A stretch of 64,000 bases of DNA from a virus (taxonomy: Duplodnaviria > Caudoviricetes). The notes under the pieces are model-generated. The model saw only the letters and a list, made by a program, of their open reading frames with translations, ran no database searches and had not been told where the DNA came from. The stretch lies in the IMG/VR virus record IMGVR_UViG_3300028048_000039, positions 96,001 through 160,000 of that record; one strand, given 5' to 3'. Shown piece after piece: positions 1-9,882 of this stretch (position 1 is its first letter; every line of letters begins with the position of its first letter). Both the position numbers and the translations under genes were made by a program.

Positions 1-351
1 GTAATTGCTAATGGGGTAGAAATAACTGATTCCGAATATATTTCTTGTGAAGGAATTGCAAAAGAAATATATGAACTTAAGGTTGGTGATATTCTAATAG
101 AGATTAGAGAGGGTGAATATACCGCTTATAAGGAAGGTGGACTAATCTTGGACGAGTGTGATTGGGATAATGATTGTTGCTATGTAGGAACTAAGGAAGA
201 AATCATAAAGAACCTGAATGATGGTTTTGAATATGCATACTCAGCAGAAGTCCACGACAAAGAAAACTTGGAAAAAGTAATGAAAATATATAATGACCTT
301 ATCGCTAGAATTGAAAGGTTTAACGGTAGCTCATCCGCCAACATTTTTTAA
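1..351 (+). CDS. Hypothetical protein, 5'-truncated by window edge
   Basis: Frame 1 is open from base 1 (VIANGVEITD...) to TAA at 349-351; the ORF-track start at 148 is internal. Confidence 0.7.
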   Translation, partial: VIANGVEITDSEYISCEGIAKEIYELKVGDILIEIREGEYTAYKEGGLILDECDWDNDCCYVGTKEEIIKNLNDGFEYAYSAEVHDKENLEKVMKIYNDLIARIERFNGSSSANIF

Positions 352-375
352 GACCTAGCTTAATCATTTAAAGAA

Positions 376-408
376 AGTCCGTTTCAAGCAATTGAGACGG
401 ATTTTTGT
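376..408 (+). terminator. Rho-independent terminator
   Basis: GTCCGTTTCAA-gcaa-TTGAGACGGAT hairpin followed by a T tract. Confidence 0.75.
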
Positions 409-435
409 TTTTGTTATTTTCTTTTTGTATATTTG
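404..435 (+). promoter_or_regulatory. Bacteroidota-type housekeeping-sigma (early) promoter, representative copy
   Basis: TTTG...TATATTTG (-7 element TAnnTTTG at 428-435). TATATTTG also at 4313, 13945, 24736, 26588, 27781, 32734, 37256, 37321, 44393, 48918, 51219, 53013, 58390, 62927; TATATTTA variants at 4419, 11954, 16970, 34530. Nearly all lie at operon starts. Confidence 0.8.
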
Positions 436-463
436 ACGTAGGTTTAATTAAAATATAAAATTT

Positions 464-1729
464 ATGACAAGTATAACTTATAAGAAATTACTTAATGCTC
501 TGAAAGAAATCATTAAGGGAACGAAGTGGGAAGGACATGTCTTTTCCGTTGGCGGCTGTGAGCGTGACCTGATATTAGGAAGGGACATCAAGGATGTTGA
601 CCTGGTGGTTGACCTTATCAATGGCGGAATTCGTTTTGCCAAGTGGTTGGAAGAGAATGGTCTTACCAAGGGTACTGTCGTTGTATATGAAAACTTTGGA
701 ACAGCAATGTTTCACCTCAAGGATTTCCCGGAGATTGAACTTGAGGTAGTGCAGACAAGGAAGGAAGCATATAGAGACCCATTATCAAGGAATCCAGATA
801 CTTCATTTGGCACGATTGAAGAAGATGCACATAGAAGGGACTTCACCTGTAATGCAATCTATTATAATATATCTAAAGAAAAGAGGGAAGCTTTCAATGA
901 GAATAGCTTCGATGACATTAACAACAAGATAATTCGTAGTTGCGGTCCAGCGGAGATAATCTTTAATGAGGACCCATTGAGAGTGTTGAGGGCGATTAGG
1001 TTTTCAACCACACTTGACTTTAAGATTGAGGATAAAACACTTCTAGGAATGCACTCATGTGCAAGAAGATTGATTATAATCAGCAATGAGAGAAAACAGG
1101 AGGAACTTAATAAGATACTGACATCAGAGAAAGCACCATACGGAATGGGGTTAATATTCTTACTTGGGGTCGATAAATATCTTTTCCCGTGCAACATTTT
1201 AGATGATAAAGATTGTCCAAAGAAGATTGTTGATTCACTTGGTGATGTTAAGATATTGGTAAATGACCTTGATGTTAAACTTGCAGTACTTTATAGTCAC
1301 TTTACAGATGTTAGCAAGAAGATGAAATATCTTCACTATTCAAATGAGAGAATTGCTACTGTTACTAAGTTAATTAGGCTTTCTGACCTCATTACTAGTG
1401 TTTACATCCAAGAATTAAGTCCGAAGAATCTAAGGAAAATACAGTATGAGTGCGGTGATGTCGATACCTTTGTTAAGGTGTGTGAAGTTTATAGTGGGGT
1501 TACTGGTCATTTCCCGCAAGAGGTGGCATTTAGAACACATGGTATGGTTGCAAATGATACATCAATGTTCAATTATAAGTTGCCGATTGATGGAAATTTC
1601 ATCATGAAAGTAAAGAACATTGGACCGTCAAAGGAAGTTAAGAAATATCTTGATTTCTGTTATGAAATGGCACTCATTAACCCATCACTTACTGAGGAAG
1701 ATTTTGAGAAACTATTAAAATATAATTAA
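464..1729 (+). CDS. cca: CCA-adding enzyme / poly(A) polymerase family tRNA nucleotidyltransferase
   Basis: VGGCERD...KDVDL, DAHRRDFTCNAIYY and EDPLRVLRAIRF class II motifs. Confidence 0.9.
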   Translation: MTSITYKKLLNALKEIIKGTKWEGHVFSVGGCERDLILGRDIKDVDLVVDLINGGIRFAKWLEENGLTKGTVVVYENFGTAMFHLKDFPEIELEVVQTRKEAYRDPLSRNPDTSFGTIEEDAHRRDFTCNAIYYNISKEKREAFNENSFDDINNKIIRSCGPAEIIFNEDPLRVLRAIRFSTTLDFKIEDKTLLGMHSCARRLIIISNERKQEELNKILTSEKAPYGMGLIFLLGVDKYLFPCNILDDKDCPKKIVDSLGDVKILVNDLDVKLAVLYSHFTDVSKKMKYLHYSNERIATVTKLIRLSDLITSVYIQELSPKNLRKIQYECGDVDTFVKVCEVYSGVTGHFPQEVAFRTHGMVANDTSMFNYKLPIDGNFIMKVKNIGPSKEVKKYLDFCYEMALINPSLTEEDFEKLLKYN

Positions 1730-1730
1730 T

Positions 1731-2924
1731 ATGACAATTGAAGAATTAAGAAAAAGCGGGCTCATTGCCTATGAGTATGTTAGGGGTTCTCATATGTACA
1801 GGCTAAACACTGAGCAGTCTGACCGAGACACTGGGGGTGTGTTTATTTGCCCTAAGGATAGCCTCTATGGACTAAGAGGAAAATATATTGAACAGGTGGC
1901 TGACGAGAAGAATGATACTGTCTTCTATGAATTTGGGAGATGGGTTGAACTGCTTCTTAAATCTAATCCGTCTGTTCTCGAAGGGCTCTTCGCACCAAAG
2001 GAATGTGTTGTCGGCAAAGTGCATCCTGCTGTTCAGATGATTATTGATAATAAGGAAATGTTTCTTTCAAAGGAATGCTTTAAGACACATTACGGTTATG
2101 CAACTGGGCAAATAAAGAAAGCAAGGGGCCTTAACAAGAAGATTGTTAATCCTGTGACTGAGAGGAAGGACGTGCTTGACTTCTGTTATACATTTAGGAA
2201 TCAAGGCTCACAGCCAATGAAAAAATACTTGAGTGATAATTTTCTTGACCAGAAGTACTGTGGTCTGGTAAGCGTTCCTAACATGAAGGATGTGTATGGC
2301 GTTTATTATGATTGGGCAGCATTTTTCTATTTTGAAAAATTTCATTGGGAAAAAGGGATTCCTTACCCATATAATAAATTTATCAAAGACCCAATGGAGA
2401 TTGCTCGGATAAAAAACCGCATCATGGATAAAGATTTCTATGGTTATGAAGGCATTGTTAATCCTGATGACTATAGTAAGTCAAACAATATAAGGTTATC
2501 ATCAGTACATGAAGGTGATGCTCCGATTACTTTCCTTTATTATAATAGTGATGGATACCAAATGCACTGCAAGGACTATCGAGAGTATAAGGAATGGGAA
2601 CAGAAGAGAAACCCTGTTCGTTATGAATCTAATCTTAACAAGAATTACGATAGCAAAAATATGATGCATTGTATGCGCCTTATCAGAATGGCAAAGGAGC
2701 TTGCGCAAGGAAAAGGTTTTAATGTGGTAAGGAGTGAGGATAGAGATTTCCTTATGGATATCAGGAATCATAAGTTTGAATATGACGAAATTATATCAAT
2801 GATTGAAAAGGAACAGGAAGAGATGGAAGAGGCGGTGAAAACTTGCACCCTTAGGGATACTATCGATTATGAAAAAGTAAATGACTTGCTGATAAGGGCT
2901 AGGAAGTTAGTGTATGATGAGTAA
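1731..2924 (+). CDS. DNA polymerase-beta superfamily nucleotidyltransferase (RlaP/YcgL-like)
   Basis: RGSHMYRLNTEQSDRDTGGVF (GS...DxD), KSNPSVLE, YDSKNMMHCMRL. Confidence 0.8.
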   Translation: MTIEELRKSGLIAYEYVRGSHMYRLNTEQSDRDTGGVFICPKDSLYGLRGKYIEQVADEKNDTVFYEFGRWVELLLKSNPSVLEGLFAPKECVVGKVHPAVQMIIDNKEMFLSKECFKTHYGYATGQIKKARGLNKKIVNPVTERKDVLDFCYTFRNQGSQPMKKYLSDNFLDQKYCGLVSVPNMKDVYGVYYDWAAFFYFEKFHWEKGIPYPYNKFIKDPMEIARIKNRIMDKDFYGYEGIVNPDDYSKSNNIRLSSVHEGDAPITFLYYNSDGYQMHCKDYREYKEWEQKRNPVRYESNLNKNYDSKNMMHCMRLIRMAKELAQGKGFNVVRSEDRDFLMDIRNHKFEYDEIISMIEKEQEEMEEAVKTCTLRDTIDYEKVNDLLIRARKLVYDE

Positions 2925-2950
2925 TACCTATTACCCAAAAATAACCAAAA

Positions 2951-2985
2951 AGAAAGCCGCAGGAATTAAATCTTGCGGCTTTTTA
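2951..2985. terminator. Bidirectional terminator between convergent genes
   Basis: AAAGCCGCAGGA-attaaa-TCTTGCGGCTTTTT. Confidence 0.75.
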
Positions 2986-3004
2986 ATTAGTAATAGAATG
3001 TATA

Positions 3005-4354
3005 TTATGCTGAATGCTGAATTGCACAACTTATGGTAATTTTTATTAACGACTCCGTACCTAACATATTGTTAAAGTGAAGTTGTCCTGTTGTAACGCC
3101 ATATTGAAACGTTATGCTACCTTCTGTAGACTCAGGTGAAATTATGGTAATTAAATCGCTTGTATGTGTTCCTAAATAATAATCAAAGTTGAAGGTTAAT
3201 GTTATGTTTGTGTCACCATAATCTCCACTGCCAGAAGGTGCAAGACTGCTCGCAGGAACGTTTTCAAGATTAAAACTACTTGCTGCAAAAAATTTTGCGG
3301 CTGTATAGCCAGTTATATATATACGCTCATTACCACCATGTACAGTAATATTATCGTCGTCATCACTACTTAAAACTTCAGATTCTACAGAAGTCTCAAA
3401 ATTTATATTATATTCACTAGGCCCTGTCTTTGCTGACTGACTAACTGTTATAGCACCAGATACGCCATATGTACTGTCCGATATTGTAATAACTCCACTT
3501 CTATCATCAGTAAGTGAGTCGTTTTCCGATACATTAGCAACTACTTTGATTAAAGAGAAATCAGGGTCGTGCAAATCTTCAAAATAACAAAAATTAGTTA
3601 TCCAATTAACACTAGATGCAGAAACAAAATTATAAGGCAATGGGATATTAGTCCTAATAACAGAATTGATTGTTTGTTCAGAACTGTTTATATTATGTGT
3701 TTTTCCGCTTATTACCCTAATATACTTATAGTCACTATAATCTTCAGGAATTGGCTTTGGAACAAAACTACTCTTTATTTTGAAGGCCTTTTTATCTGAG
3801 CCTGTGGCGGTGTTGCCACTCATCTCAATCTTAGATGAAAGATATGTATTTACCCATCCTGTTACGGTTGAACCGCCATAACTCTTAGCATTCATGATTA
3901 ATCTTTTATCGTAATTTAATCCAGAAAGCATACCAGAAGGGGAAGCCCCAGAAACGATGTCCTTGAAGTCACCTTCTGTCATACAAATGTCACTAACCTC
4001 ACGAGTCATAAGTATCTTTCCTGTAGAATCTGCAGCAACACGCAATTTAGCAGTCTTTCCTTCCGTTGTTAATGGTTCGCCACAATTAGGGCATAAGGTC
4101 CCTTCACCACCAATAACAGGAGCACCGCACACGCTACAATCGTATTCAGAAACAATAGAACACCCATTTCTGCCATAAGAGTTATAATGTTTCTTCTGTG
4201 CAATTACTGAGAATGTGCCACCTGTATTATTCATGTTAAATGTTGTAGCGCTAGAATTGGTTTCAACACCATTAATAGTTAATGCAACATTTGGTAAATT
4301 ATAATTTTTTTGTATATTTGTGTCGTATACCTTAGGAACGTAAACTGTTGGCAT
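3005..4354 (-). CDS. Putative virion structural protein with a zinc ribbon and a BACON-like Ig domain
   Basis: CSVC...CPNC; SSVNWIT...VSENDSLTDDRSGVITI...ITVSQSA (BACON-like); S/T/G-rich; AACTATTTAT motif upstream (4387-4396, minus). Confidence 0.55.
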   Translation of the reverse strand: MPTVYVPKVYDTNIQKNYNLPNVALTINGVETNSSATTFNMNNTGGTFSVIAQKKHYNSYGRNGCSIVSEYDCSVCGAPVIGGEGTLCPNCGEPLTTEGKTAKLRVAADSTGKILMTREVSDICMTEGDFKDIVSGASPSGMLSGLNYDKRLIMNAKSYGGSTVTGWVNTYLSSKIEMSGNTATGSDKKAFKIKSSFVPKPIPEDYSDYKYIRVISGKTHNINSSEQTINSVIRTNIPLPYNFVSASSVNWITNFCYFEDLHDPDFSLIKVVANVSENDSLTDDRSGVITISDSTYGVSGAITVSQSAKTGPSEYNINFETSVESEVLSSDDDDNITVHGGNERIYITGYTAAKFFAASSFNLENVPASSLAPSGSGDYGDTNITLTFNFDYYLGTHTSDLITIISPESTEGSITFQYGVTTGQLHFNNMLGTESLIKITISCAIQHSA

Positions 4355-4386
4355 TTGTTAAAATCGTTAAAATACTATTATTTTCT

Positions 4387-4396
4387 ATAAATAGTT
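4387..4396 (-). promoter_or_regulatory. Putative phage late promoter motif AACTATTTAT, representative copy
   Basis: Same sense-strand motif at 7652(+), 10555(-), 10593(+), 11922(-), 22516(-), 24426(-), 24641(-), 37226(-); variants at 16657(+), 40003(+), 28163(+). Each lies shortly upstream of a start codon. Confidence 0.7.
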
Positions 4397-4453
4397 TGGA
4401 TTTTAAGATTATTCTTTGTATATTTACTATGTTTGAGCTAAATTTGAAAAGTT

Positions 4454-5632
4454 ATGATAGATGAAGAAATGAAAATTGGTTATGATGATATAACCATAGT
4501 ACCTGAAAGAATAACGACAATTGAAAGCAGAAAGGAGTGTAATCCTTATGATGAAGAAGGTTATCTTCCAATTTTTGCTAGTTGCATGAGTTCGGTGGTT
4601 TCCATTGATAACGCAAAGAAATTCAATGATGCAAAGATTAAGGCAATTATCCCTAGAAGTTATTCAGTTGCAGATAGATTAAGATACCTTGCAATGAATA
4701 ATAATACACCTAACTTTGTTGCCTTCTCCCTTGAAGAGGCGAGAACTTACTTTATAGACACTTGGGAGGCAACATATAAGGTTATTAAGGAAGATTATAA
4801 GCTCTCAGAAGCATGGCCTAATCCACCAAGACCGTTTAGGATTTGTATTGACCTTGCCAATGGGCATATGAAGAAACTCTTGGAGACAGTAAAGAAAATA
4901 AAGGAGATTTGGAAGAATGGAATTGTCATTATGACAGGAAATATCGCCGAGCCAAGAACTTATATCGACTATGAGAACGCAGGTGTGGATTTCTGCAGGA
5001 TTACCGTAGGAAGCGGAAGCGTATGTAGCACTGCAAGCAATACAGGTGTTTTCTATCCTCCATTTTCTCTTCTAAAAGAAGTTTATACCATTAAGAAATC
5101 CATGGATGGCAAGTGCAAGATAGTTATTGATGGTGGTATTCGTGGCTTCAGAGACATTCAGAAAGCCCTCATTTACGCCGATTATGTCATGATTGGGGGA
5201 TTGTTTAACAAGGCAATGGAAAGTGCCGGAAAAACGACTTATGGAAGCTTTTACTGGAATATTAGAGGCAAGAAAATTTATCGTCCATTGAAGACATTGC
5301 TCTATTACGGAAAGGAAATCCCAAAGAGGAAGTATGAGAAGATGTTTAAGCTTGTTAAGGCAAATAAGCTCACTGTCTGGAAGGAGATTTACGGTATGAG
5401 TTCAAAGATTGCCCAGGCTCTTATCTCTTCGGCAAACACTGGAACTGTCAAGAACCTAAAGACCTCAGAGGGCTTGCATAAGTATCAGAAGGTAGAGTAT
5501 AATATTCAGGGATGGGCAGAAAACGAGACTGACTTCCTTCGCTCAGCGATGAGTTACACCAATTCAAGAAATCTTGATGAATATAAGGAATCAAAATGGG
5601 TAAGAATCTCAAAGAGAATGTATAATGATTAA
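4454..5632 (+). CDS. GMP reductase / IMP dehydrogenase family protein
   Basis: IGYDDITIVP, CIDLANGH, GNIA, VGSGSVCST (catalytic Cys), IDGGIR, ADYVMIG, YGMSS, SEG, LRSAMSYT. Confidence 0.85.
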   Translation: MIDEEMKIGYDDITIVPERITTIESRKECNPYDEEGYLPIFASCMSSVVSIDNAKKFNDAKIKAIIPRSYSVADRLRYLAMNNNTPNFVAFSLEEARTYFIDTWEATYKVIKEDYKLSEAWPNPPRPFRICIDLANGHMKKLLETVKKIKEIWKNGIVIMTGNIAEPRTYIDYENAGVDFCRITVGSGSVCSTASNTGVFYPPFSLLKEVYTIKKSMDGKCKIVIDGGIRGFRDIQKALIYADYVMIGGLFNKAMESAGKTTYGSFYWNIRGKKIYRPLKTLLYYGKEIPKRKYEKMFKLVKANKLTVWKEIYGMSSKIAQALISSANTGTVKNLKTSEGLHKYQKVEYNIQGWAENETDFLRSAMSYTNSRNLDEYKESKWVRISKRMYND

Positions 5633-5644
5633 AAATAAACTGCG

Positions 5645-5884
5645 ATGACAATCAAGTATTTACGAGAAATTTTGAAACATTATACTGAACATCAGTATGA
5701 TGAATGGGAAATTAAATTGTGGGATTATAATAATCAGAGAGAAGTTGGGTTTTTAGATGGCACGTATGCATCTTCGAAAGCCACAAAGACAATTAATTTT
5801 CCTGTAAAAGTAGAGCCAGTCGATGGCGAAACAATAGATGAGAGACTAAAGAGATTAATAAGTGAAATGGCAAAAGATAATTAA
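5645..5884 (+). CDS. Hypothetical protein
   Basis: In-operon ORF with phage-like codon usage. Confidence 0.6.
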   Translation: MTIKYLREILKHYTEHQYDEWEIKLWDYNNQREVGFLDGTYASSKATKTINFPVKVEPVDGETIDERLKRLISEMAKDN

Positions 5885-5887
5885 ATT

Positions 5888-6283
5888 ATGGCTTACAAGA
5901 AATTAAAGGTCACTGAGGACCATATCAAACTATTACAGGCGATTAAGTTTGAAACATTTGTATTTGATGGTGAAACAAGGAATGGAAGAATTGGTTATGG
6001 AATTGACCAGTATGCTCCTTGGGGTGGTAACTACCCAATTGAAGAAATTGCACTCATTTTAGGGCATTGGGAAGATGCTATTGAGGGTACAGAGGAAGAT
6101 GTTGATGGAAGAAAGTTCCCAGTGCAGTTGGAACAGCACTTTTTCGACCTCTATGAGGACATTACAGAGAATATGGAATATTACTGGAGCCTCTTGGTTT
6201 ATTATGTTGATAAAGGAGGACTAGTTCCAGGAACATATAAATGTAACCCAAGAGTTAGAGAGTGGGTTAAAGTAGAAGAATAA
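5888..6283 (+). CDS. Hypothetical protein
   Basis: In-operon ORF. Confidence 0.65.
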   Translation: MAYKKLKVTEDHIKLLQAIKFETFVFDGETRNGRIGYGIDQYAPWGGNYPIEEIALILGHWEDAIEGTEEDVDGRKFPVQLEQHFFDLYEDITENMEYYWSLLVYYVDKGGLVPGTYKCNPRVREWVKVEE

Positions 6284-6300
6284 AACTTAAAAAAATAGAC

Positions 6301-6597
6301 ATGAACGATTATTTTAGATTAACAGGTGTTGAGCTTCAGGAAGGTGAGGCTTGCCCAATTAAGAAAATGTGTTATAACTGTAAGTTCGTTGCTGAGGATG
6401 GTGACACTTGTACATGTACAAACGAGGCAGTTAATGAGAAAGGTAAGGAGAAGCTGCTAGCTGCTCTTCCAGATGGTTTTGAAATCGAGGAACTTAAGTT
6501 GAAGCCAATGAAATTGAAGGACCCATCAAAGAAGTGTGGCCAGTATGCAGTTAATACCGAAGTTGTATATCAAGCAGTAATTTCCTTGCTGAAATAG
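6301..6597 (+). CDS. Small Cys-rich hypothetical protein
   Basis: CxxC/CxC motifs; in-operon ORF. Confidence 0.6.
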   Translation: MNDYFRLTGVELQEGEACPIKKMCYNCKFVAEDGDTCTCTNEAVNEKGKEKLLAALPDGFEIEELKLKPMKLKDPSKKCGQYAVNTEVVYQAVISLLK

Positions 6598-6664
6598 AGA
6601 GTTTGGCATGGTATTTGCTAGTATATTAATGTAAAGGATTGTTTAATTTAAAATTGTTTTTATT

Positions 6665-7210
6665 ATGATTAGTATTTTAATTGATTCAAAGGAAGATACC
6701 TCCTTCTTGAAGGCAGCGTATGAAGGTTTGGAGGACAACAAGGTATTTGTGAATCCAACGAGAGAAGAGGTGGAGAAGGTACTTACTGAAAATCCAGGCG
6801 AGAGGGTTCTCCTTATGGGACATGGTTCCCCTGCGGGTCTCTTTAGCTATGACTGGTGTGGTTATGTGATTGACAGAAATAATGTTCATCTCCTTAAGGA
6901 CCGTGAGGTAATTGGTATATGGTGCTGGGCAAAGGAATTTGCTAGGACTTATAAGGTTCATGGGTTCTTTAGCTCTATGTTTATCAGTAACCTCGGTGAG
7001 TATTATGGCATCCTCGGTAAGGAAGAAACCACTGACGAAGACATCTTTAATGAAACAACCAACTTCTCCAAGGGTCTTAATACACTCATAAGAGAAGGTA
7101 AGGCTATGGATACTTGGTGTGATTACTTTAAGAAGAACTCCAACTATGAGAGAGACTTTGTTAAGTATAACATGGATGGTCTTGAATATTTTGAAAAGGA
7201 GGTATTGTGA
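6665..7210 (+). CDS. Hypothetical protein, possible caspase/gingipain-like His-Cys fold
   Basis: VLLMGHGSP followed about 30 aa later by VIGIWC. Confidence 0.4.
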   Translation: MISILIDSKEDTSFLKAAYEGLEDNKVFVNPTREEVEKVLTENPGERVLLMGHGSPAGLFSYDWCGYVIDRNNVHLLKDREVIGIWCWAKEFARTYKVHGFFSSMFISNLGEYYGILGKEETTDEDIFNETTNFSKGLNTLIREGKAMDTWCDYFKKNSNYERDFVKYNMDGLEYFEKEVL

Positions 7211-7590
7211 AAAGAATTTTTAACATAATAATCATTGCCATTGTAGTAATAGTAGCTACCAGTGGTGGTTACAATAACAAGTTTATTCGTGAAGGTCAAA
7301 GTCCAACAGGTAGGATATTGTATCATATAGATAACAACTACATTCGTGAGGGCCAGAGTCCAACCGGGAGGATACTCTACAACATTGATAAGCTTGGTGG
7401 CAAGAGAGTTATCATTCGTGAAGGTCAGAACAGGACTGGTAGAATCCTCTTGAATATTGATGGTGACTTTATTCGTGAGGGTCAGAGACCTACTGGTAGA
7501 ATACTTTACAATATTGATAGGACTGGTTATTATTGTTACATCCGTCAAGGACAGAACAAGACGGGTAAAATTCTTTATAACATAAATTAA
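7207..7590 (+). CDS. Secreted or membrane-anchored tandem-repeat protein
   Basis: Hydrophobic N-terminus, then five IR(E/Q)GQxxTG(R/K)IL(Y/L)(N/H)I repeats. Confidence 0.7.
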   Translation: MKRIFNIIIIAIVVIVATSGGYNNKFIREGQSPTGRILYHIDNNYIREGQSPTGRILYNIDKLGGKRVIIREGQNRTGRILLNIDGDFIREGQRPTGRILYNIDRTGYYCYIRQGQNKTGKILYNIN

Positions 7591-7612
7591 CTTGTGGTAT
7601 ACTAAGTTTTGT

Positions 7613-7648
7613 GAAATCTCTGGTGGAAACATCAGAGATTTCTTTTTT
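7613..7648 (+). terminator. Rho-independent terminator
   Basis: GAAATCTCTGGTG-gaaa-CATCAGAGATTTC plus T tract. Confidence 0.8.
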
Positions 7649-7683
7649 AGAAACTATTTATGATAGATAAAAAGTATCATTTT

Positions 7684-9840
7684 ATGACATTATTTGAAAG
7701 TTTAACATATGACCTCTTGGTAGAGGGGAAAAGCCCAGAGGAAATCAAGCAGTTATTAAAAGGAAGATTTGCTGATATACCAGAAGAAATAATCAGTGAC
7801 ATCGTGAATATGGACCCAACAAAGAAAAAGAGTTATTCAATGTGGGCACTTACTAAGTATGCTTCTGAAGGCAACCTATTGACCGCAGCGCTTAAGGACG
7901 GAAGATTGAAGCAACTCTTTGAATACATTAGGGAGCATAATGATGTTCAGCTTCAAACCATTAGCACACTTGCTGAGGCATTAAAACTTCTCCCCGAAAC
8001 AGATACCATCTTCCAGAAAACCGGTGGTCCTGAGGATAATTATAAAATTGTTTTTGACAGCCCTGAGTGGAGAATTTGTGTTCCTTACACATATGAAGCA
8101 GATAAGAAACTCGGAGAGAACTGCCGTTGGTGTACCGCTGGTGCTTTCGGTGAGGCAAATGGCCCTAGTTACTTCAAAAACTATTATGGCCCTGAGGGCG
8201 AACTCTTCGTTAATTTTGATAAGAGAACCCCACAAAGACTTAATGGAAAAGAATATCCATATACAAGATATCAGTTCTGCTTCAAAAGCCCACAATTTAT
8301 GGATGCATTTGATAATAGAATTAACAAAGATGACATTGACATCCCTGAAGACGTATTAGAATATTATCAAGACGCTGGATATGATACTGACCTTCTTTCC
8401 GAAGACGAAGAAGAGGCATGGGAAAGATATGATGAGTGGCGTTTTAATCAGGGATGGTGGGTCATTGATGGATGGGAATTTCTTCCATATAATGCTGGAC
8501 CTCACATTCCAAATCATGATGGAGATTTAACATATTATCTTTATGATACTGAAAATGACAATTATGACCCAGTAAGTTGGATTGAGTATGAAATAAATGA
8601 TTATGAAGTACAAGATGAAGATAACAATATTGCTGTCTTAAAGGAAAGGAATAATCACAAAATATTTGCTTGCATAAATGGACGTGCATTCCAAGACAGG
8701 GTTGAATTTTATGAAATTTTTGATAATCCAGTTGATGAGAGTAAAATTATATACACCCAAACCATTCATAAAGAGAGTACTGTTTTAGTTAAGAATGAAG
8801 AAGTATATATCAATTCCGAAAGCAATAACGATGAAATACCAAGAGTAACTGAGGCTGAATATAATGAGGATATTAGTGAGGCAAGGGGTACGTTATGTAT
8901 CGAACTTTGGTGTGAGAACAGGAAACACTATCTCATTGAATTGTATATGGGAAGGGGTGCTAGATATGGTCGTAGAATTACCCAAGGTCATTATTTAATT
9001 GTAGATAAAACACCTTTAAATGGTGAATATTTCACAACCGAAGATATTGGTTCCGATTCAGCAAATTATGAATATAAAGATGTTAAGACCCTAAAAAGTG
9101 GTTTTAAATTAGTAACAACAGAAAACAAATATTTTATTGTTGACAAAGAAAATAAACCATTATTTAGGAAAGGTTTTATGTATTTTGAGGTTAAACGAGT
9201 CCCTGTAACTGGAGAGGAATACATCGTCCTCTATAATGACAGTTATTCAAAGTGCCTTTTCAATAGTTATGGAAAATTAATAATATCTGGTTATAGCGAT
9301 TTCGAATTTAATGATAATTTAATAATATGTAGAGAGGAGAACGACCGTAGGGAGACTGATTTCTTCGATGTATACAGTATTAAGGACCCAAGGAGACATT
9401 TTGATGGAATAATTTCACAGTATCGCTTAGGTGATAAGATAATGCTGGCACAGGGGAGATGGCATGTTTATATAGTAATATGCGACGGAGACCTTAATGT
9501 AATTCGCAAATATAGTCCAGGGACTGTTGAGTTTATTGATGGTCTGGTTAAACGTTATGCCCTTGTGCAAGAAGGATTTTATGACAGTCGTAAATACCTT
9601 ACTGACTTGTTTAACAATGAAAAGGTTTTTGAAAAACCTATCGTTGGTTATAGAAAGTATGGTAAAAACATTATATTCAAATTTAGCGACCAGACGACAG
9701 CATCTGTTAACCCTACAACTGGTGCGATAGTTAGACAAAAGAAGAAAAAGAATGCAGTACGAGCACAAGCTCAAGCCCTCCGGGAATTCTATGAGAGAAT
9801 GATTAAAAATGATGGGAAGTCAACCTTCCTTGATGAATAG
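7684..9840 (+). CDS. Large hypothetical protein, putative late/virion-associated
   Basis: Late motif at 7652 overlaps the ORF-track ATG (7660), so 7684 is the likelier start; RWCTA...RYQF region and beta-repeat-like C-terminus. Confidence 0.6.
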   Translation: MTLFESLTYDLLVEGKSPEEIKQLLKGRFADIPEEIISDIVNMDPTKKKSYSMWALTKYASEGNLLTAALKDGRLKQLFEYIREHNDVQLQTISTLAEALKLLPETDTIFQKTGGPEDNYKIVFDSPEWRICVPYTYEADKKLGENCRWCTAGAFGEANGPSYFKNYYGPEGELFVNFDKRTPQRLNGKEYPYTRYQFCFKSPQFMDAFDNRINKDDIDIPEDVLEYYQDAGYDTDLLSEDEEEAWERYDEWRFNQGWWVIDGWEFLPYNAGPHIPNHDGDLTYYLYDTENDNYDPVSWIEYEINDYEVQDEDNNIAVLKERNNHKIFACINGRAFQDRVEFYEIFDNPVDESKIIYTQTIHKESTVLVKNEEVYINSESNNDEIPRVTEAEYNEDISEARGTLCIELWCENRKHYLIELYMGRGARYGRRITQGHYLIVDKTPLNGEYFTTEDIGSDSANYEYKDVKTLKSGFKLVTTENKYFIVDKENKPLFRKGFMYFEVKRVPVTGEEYIVLYNDSYSKCLFNSYGKLIISGYSDFEFNDNLIICREENDRRETDFFDVYSIKDPRRHFDGIISQYRLGDKIMLAQGRWHVYIVICDGDLNVIRKYSPGTVEFIDGLVKRYALVQEGFYDSRKYLTDLFNNEKVFEKPIVGYRKYGKNIIFKFSDQTTASVNPTTGAIVRQKKKKNAVRAQAQALREFYERMIKNDGKSTFLDE

Positions 9841-9848
9841 GAAAAAAG

Positions 9849-9877
9849 AAAGGACCTCGATTTTGAGGTCCTTTTTC
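9849..9877. terminator. Bidirectional terminator
   Basis: AAAGGACCTCG-attt-TGAGGTCCTTTTT; near-identical copy at about 18370. Confidence 0.8.
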
Positions 9878-9882
9878 ATTGT

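Noticed and set aside
7285-7590. CRISPR array or DNA tandem repeat
   Set aside because: Repeats are in-frame protein repeats with synonymous variation and no unique spacers. No CRISPR array was seen anywhere in the window.
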